DNA of 64,000 nucleotides from Octopus vulgaris (Eukaryota): NCBI GenBank assembly GCA_951406725.2, contig OX597840.1, positions 33,604,001 to 33,668,000 of the forward strand, read 5' to 3'. Shown piece by piece: positions 56,991 to 64,000 of this stretch (position 1 is its first letter; each line of letters starts with the position of its first letter). The notes under the pieces were generated by a model. It saw only the letters and a program-made list of their open reading frames with translations, ran no database searches and was not told where the DNA came from. The position numbers and the translations under genes were made by a program.

Positions 56991-57037
<47 letters not shown>

Positions 57038-57046
57038 GTAGGTAGG

Positions 57047-57133
<87 letters not shown>

Positions 57134-57142
57134 GTAGGTAGG

Positions 57143-57185
<43 letters not shown>

Positions 57186-57199
57186 TTAGGTTAGGTAGG

Positions 57200-57260
<61 letters not shown>

Positions 57261-57424
57261 TGATAGATAGATAGATATGAGGAACGAAAACTGTCGAAGA
57301 TAAAGCAACCACAAGAAATTGAGTGAACATAAAAAAGCATGGTCGTCTGTCACGTTACAATTCCAGCAGCTGATTATTTACTGCGGATACAATTTGAAAT
57401 AAAGAGAACGAAACAATAATGACA

Positions 57425-57751
<327 letters not shown>

Positions 57752-57766
57752 AACAATAATAATAAC

Positions 57767-58574
<808 letters not shown>

Positions 58575-58591
58575 CAATAATAATAATAATG

Positions 58592-58631
<40 letters not shown>

Positions 58632-58694
58632 TGATGATGATGATGATGACTACGACGATGGTGATGATGATGATGTTAATAATAGTGATGATGG

Positions 58695-58735
<41 letters not shown>

Positions 58736-58752
58736 GTGATGATGATGATGAC

Positions 58753-58789
<37 letters not shown>

Positions 58790-60516
58790 CTGGTGGTGGT
58801 GGTGTTGATGATGATGATGATGATGATTGTGATGATGACGACGATGTTGATGATGATGATGATGATGATTGTGATGATAATAATGAGGATGATGATGTTG
58901 ATGATGATGATGATGATGATGATGATGAGGAGGAGGAGGAGGAGGATAGTGAATATATACAGTGCTTGGGCTAAATTTGACGATTTTTGATGCTTCCTTT
59001 TTATCATGGACAGGTTGATATTGGCAACCAGTCCGTGGCGTCGGAAAGACATGGGGGTGGGGACTAGAAGCCATCTAAATATCGGAAAGAGTTGTTACCC
59101 GTATCATTTTTCGCGCCGGGTGTCAAAACGCCGACATCATGACTGCTGGTCAATGCTCTGTGACCACTGTAAAGGTGGCATGGTCAGCTGCAACGGAGAC
59201 TTCAAAGCCGTGGCCAGCGGGAAAGGACACAACACGTGTTCCAACTGCATCCGCACGCCGAAATTCATTCAACAACTGATGAAAAGGGGCTTAGGCTCAA
59301 TTCAGACTGCTATGTGAAGCCGCTAGAGACTGTGGTCAAACTTTGGCCGGAGAGGGTTGCTGCTGGGAGGTCATATGTGTGGCAGAAGGATTCGGCGCCT
59401 GTCATGCCTCTAGAAAGTATCAGAAGTTGTTGTCGGAGATTTTCTACTACTTCGCCAGCTCCGATTTCTAGCTCCCTGATTCCCACCATTGTGATCCCAC
59501 CGATAGTATATGTGAGGGCCTATTGAGAAAGACACCAACGTGCGAGTGGTTGAGTACTCCACAGACACATGTTCCCTTAACGGTGTTCATAGGGAGTTTC
59601 AACGCAACACAGAATGTGACAAGGTTGGTCCTTCGAATTACAAATACAACTCATTTTTGCCAGGTGAATGGACTGAAGTAAGGTGGAATAAAGTGTCTTG
59701 CTCAAGGACACAAGGCTCCGCTGGATATCGAACTCACGACCTTACGATTGTGCGCCGAATACCCTAACCACTAAGCCACGCGCCTTCACTGCCTGAGACA
59801 ATAAGGCCGAACTAGTGGCCAATATCAAGGAGGTGTTCGAAGATCTTCCCATGGTGACAGTACGGAGGGCGTGCACTAGGTTTCAGAACCGTCTTGAGGC
59901 CGTGGTGGAGGACTGTAGATGGGATTGTAGATGGCTATTTTGAGTAAGCAATTATCTCCCAGCCATAATCAAGTTGATAGTTTTTCATTAAAAAAAAAAC
60001 AAAAAAAACAGGCGCAGGAGTGGCTGTGTGGTAAGTAGCTTGCTAACCAACCACATGGTACCGGGTTCAGTCCCACTGCGTGGCATCTTGGGCAAGTGTC
60101 TTCTGCTATAGCCCCGGACCGACCAATGCCTTGAGAGTGGATTTGGTAGACGGAAACTGAAAGAAGCCTGTCGTATATATATATATATATGTGAGTGTGT
60201 TTGTGTGTCTGTGTTTGTCCCCCTAGCATTGCTTGACAACCGATGCTGGTGTGTTTACGTCCTCGTCACTTAGCGGTTCGGCAAAAGAGACCGATAGAAT
60301 AAGTACTGGGCTTACAAAAGAATAAGTCCCGGGTCGATTTGCTCGACTAAAGGCGGTACTCCAGCATGACCGCAGTCAAATGACTGAAACAAGTAAAAGA
60401 GTAAAGAGTATTCGTATTTCTGGATAGGCTGTTAGGCTTTGCAGCGTGGAAGGTGTTTATAAGCCATTTAAGAAACACATAAAAGCCGTTAGATTCACTT
60501 CAACATTAAAATTTAA

Positions 60517-60626
60517 TTTGTCAAAATATTTTCGTCGCTTTGAGACCGCGACCTGTTCACTGACAAAATTCCATGTTTGTTAGTGAACAGGTCGCGGGTT
60601 CAAGGTGACGAAAATATTTTGACAAA
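60517..60626. ncRNA. back-to-back pair of minimal hammerhead motifs, G3-C8 variant (60517-60567 minus; 60576-60626 plus)
   Basis: TTTGTCA-GTGAACA-G-GTCGC ggtctcaaa GCGAC-GAA-AATATT-T-TGACAAA: 7-bp helix I, 5-bp helix II, palindromic helix III. Confidence 0.65.
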
Positions 60627-60963
60627 TTAAATTTTAATGTTGAAGTGAATCTAACGGCTTTTATGTTTCTTAAATGGCTTATAAACACCTTCCACGCTGC
60701 AATTGTTTCTGTTCCAGCACACGATCTCAGATCAGGTCACTTGCTATGCAAGTACATCTCCGTAACTATTAGGCTTTCTTCTCTTTTTATGCAAACTGTA
60801 AAATTTATTCCTAACACTACGAAACCATTCATTTGGTATTCATTTCCTCTGAGTATCACTTTTCGATTCTTCGCAATCTGTTGAAGAAATGCGTCTCTGA
60901 TTTATGTTACAGAATAAGGACAGCAGACGCCTCTATCTGTCTGTTTGTCTCTCTCTCTCTCTC

Positions 60964-61019
<56 letters not shown>

Positions 61020-61021
61020 CA

Positions 61022-61057
<36 letters not shown>

Positions 61058-61083
61058 TATATATACATACATACATACATACA

Positions 61084-61131
<48 letters not shown>

Positions 61132-61156
61132 TATATACATACATATATATATATAT

Positions 61157-61272
<116 letters not shown>

Positions 61273-61323
61273 TATACATACATACATATATATATATATA
61301 TACATACATACATACATATATAT

Positions 61324-61400
<77 letters not shown>

Positions 61401-64000
61401 GTATATATGTGTGTGTATTAATGTATATATCAGGATAGGACGACAGTTTACCGTTTATCATTAACAAAAGTTCCAATCATTACTTGTCCAGCTTCACAAA
61501 GCTATCGGATGTTATGTTATACTAGAAGATAATTTATATCATTCTGCTTCAAACGAAAGAAAAGGAAAAAAGAAATAGATCGATTCGGTCGTTGATAGCT
61601 GCCTTGGCGCGGTCAAACAAACATCCTAATTTTTCAGATAATGATCTCTACCGAGGACACGGGGTCTCAAATTTTACAGAAACATATAACCGAATTGGGA
61701 TCGACCAACCAACTAACTACTATTTTATTTTATCGACTCCGGAAGGACGAAAGACAAACCTAACCTAAAAGAACCACAAACACAAGTTACGCTCAATTAT
61801 ATATCTCTTTTTTCTCTTTACTCTTTTACTTGTTTCAGTCATTTGACTGCGGCCATGCTGGAGCACCGCCTTTAGTCGAGCAAATCAATCCCGGGACTTA
61901 TTCTTTGTAAGCCCAGTACTTACTCTATCGGTCTCTTTTTGCCGAACTGCTAAGTGACGGGGACCTAAACACACCAACATCGGTTGTCAAGCAATGCTAG
62001 GGGGACAAACACAGACACACAAACATACAAACACACACACATATAAATATATATATACGACAGGCTTCTTTCAGTTTCCGTCTACCAAATCCACTCACAA
62101 GGCATTGGTCGGCCCGAGGCTATAGCAGAAGAGACTTGCCCAAGATGCCACGCAGTGGGATTGAACCCAGAACCATGTGGTTGGTAGGCAAGCTACTTAC
62201 CACACAGCCACTCCTGCTATATATACATAGCATGACAAATGTCTTTCTGCTTGCCAGATTTTTTTAAATAAGTAGTAATTTAATATTGGGGATATCTATA
62301 AAATCCCGAAAATGAGTTATCGTGAGCCTATCTTCGAAAGAAGTATTCTATTTGGCTGTCGCTCATACACGAGAGGGTAAAATAATAACTGAATCAACGA
62401 AATTGCTAGAGAATGATGCTATGGATTGTCTGTTCATCTATTATATAAAATCCGTTCTGTCTGTGTGTCTGTGTCTGTGTGTTATATCGTAATACTACAC
62501 AGTGGCTGTGTTTTCTAAGAAATTCTCATCGCTATTGTTATGTCACAGGTTCGGATGCCTTCTACTCAACTCCTACTCAACTCCTCCGACTGCTACTCTA
62601 CTCTGACGTCTAGACTTCTCCCTCTATATCTACCTACTGGGCTAGCCTACTTCGTCGTCTGGGGGGCGTCCACACAACAGTGTGTCTTCTAGGATCTCGG
62701 GCATCCTCCATTCGATTGCGCTCAAATTTGATATATAGATGCCGACGGTATCAGGGCGTGTATCAGTCTTGAAAAAAATATTACAAAAATCGATTCCAAG
62801 TGAGAATGCGATCGATAAAGCCGTGGGAACGAGCATTTGTACGCGCAAGTACATCAGCTATTGCGACCGATACTACGCGTACGCGAGAAAAATGCACGTG
62901 CATTTTGTGAAAAAAAAAAGCCGGCTGGCTCGAAATAATGCCACAAAATGCAGTATATTTAAGAGACCAAAAAGTAAGATGCAAAAGAGATATTTTCTTC
63001 AAACTTGGCATAAAGGAAGGAAAGACTATTTGGTTTCTCAAGAAGTTTTTTTTTTTGCCTTAACTTCGTTTAACAAAACCAAAAATTTTATTGAAATAAA
63101 GGCATGCTTAATTATATATATTTCAGTTTCAGTTTACCAAATCCACTCACAAAGCTTTGGTCAGCCTGAGGCTATGGTAGAAGACACTTGCCCAAGGTGC
63201 CACGCAGTGGGACTGAACCCGGAACCATGTGGTTCGTAAGCAATCTACTTACCACACAGCCAGTCCTACGCCTTACAGATGTTTCTGCTATAAGATGCAG
63301 TGGACTCACAGTTCCATGATTGTGTAATATGTTATAATCTCATCGGAGCCTCGAATATGATGTGCAATTTATTTGGGAAAAGGGAAAAGAAATACATTGA
63401 AGTTTTATTGTGTGTTATATAACGGCGGCCATGATAAGACTCAGGACTAAGATCTGAGATGTTGTCGATCTCCGTAGTCTAAATCCATTTTGCCGAAATA
63501 TTGCTTAATTCATCTGAAATCTGTGTCTAGTCTTACATTGCGAGCTTCTTGTTATTTCATATGTTAATCACAAATATATTTGTGAAAGAATATGTTTGAA
63601 TGTTTTAAGTTTATTTATTTCATTAAATAAAGACACGATGAGAAGGTTTTTTTCTCTCCTAGTTAAGATAATTATATAAAGTCAAAAGTTTGAGCTTTTC
63701 AGTCACACGTATTTAACGCAATTTCCAGCTGTTCTCGAATGGATTGCATGAAATGAGAAATCTGTAATCACAACAAAAGATATACAAATACCACTCAAAA
63801 AACCTAACTTGGATACAATTTCAGAGACATAACTAGGTACTGTTTGAATAGATTATGCATGTCAAAATCATAGTGTACAGAACAAATTTAGAATCGGCAA
63901 ATCGTGTAGTAAAAAGGTATAGTAAGAAAACCGAGGGAACTTTTAAAGCTAGACACAAATACGGCATAACCATTAGTTTACGTCCAAAAAAAAAAAGAGA

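Overview
AT-rich, microsatellite-dense animal genomic DNA, most likely Octopus (inferred from the tRNA-derived SINE families, extreme SSR load and gene content). Nearly all ORFs in the supplied track are microsatellite or SINE artefacts. Three spliced genes can be reconstructed by hand from GT-AG sites and exon phases. (1) A minus-strand KIAA2012-like gene, about 0.5-30.6 kb, incomplete at both ends. (2) A complete six-exon secreted S1A serine protease on the plus strand (40115-50514, 264 aa) resembling cephalopod salivary/venom proteases. (3) The last two exons of a CCAP/neuropeptide-S-type GPCR on the minus strand (54910-56192). Introns and spacers hold three SINE families, mariner/maT/pogo/hAT/piggyBac/Helitron-type non-autonomous DNA elements and LINE fragments. 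The most notable signal is a set of short elements sitting in (AT)n tracts, often as head-to-head inverted repeats, that carry type I hammerhead ribozyme motifs of the kind found in Penelope-like element termini. At least six sequence families occur. Their cores covary at the tertiary 3-8 base pair (C-G, U-A, G-C) and include U4C and A6U variants. All calls are by eye; no database searches were run.
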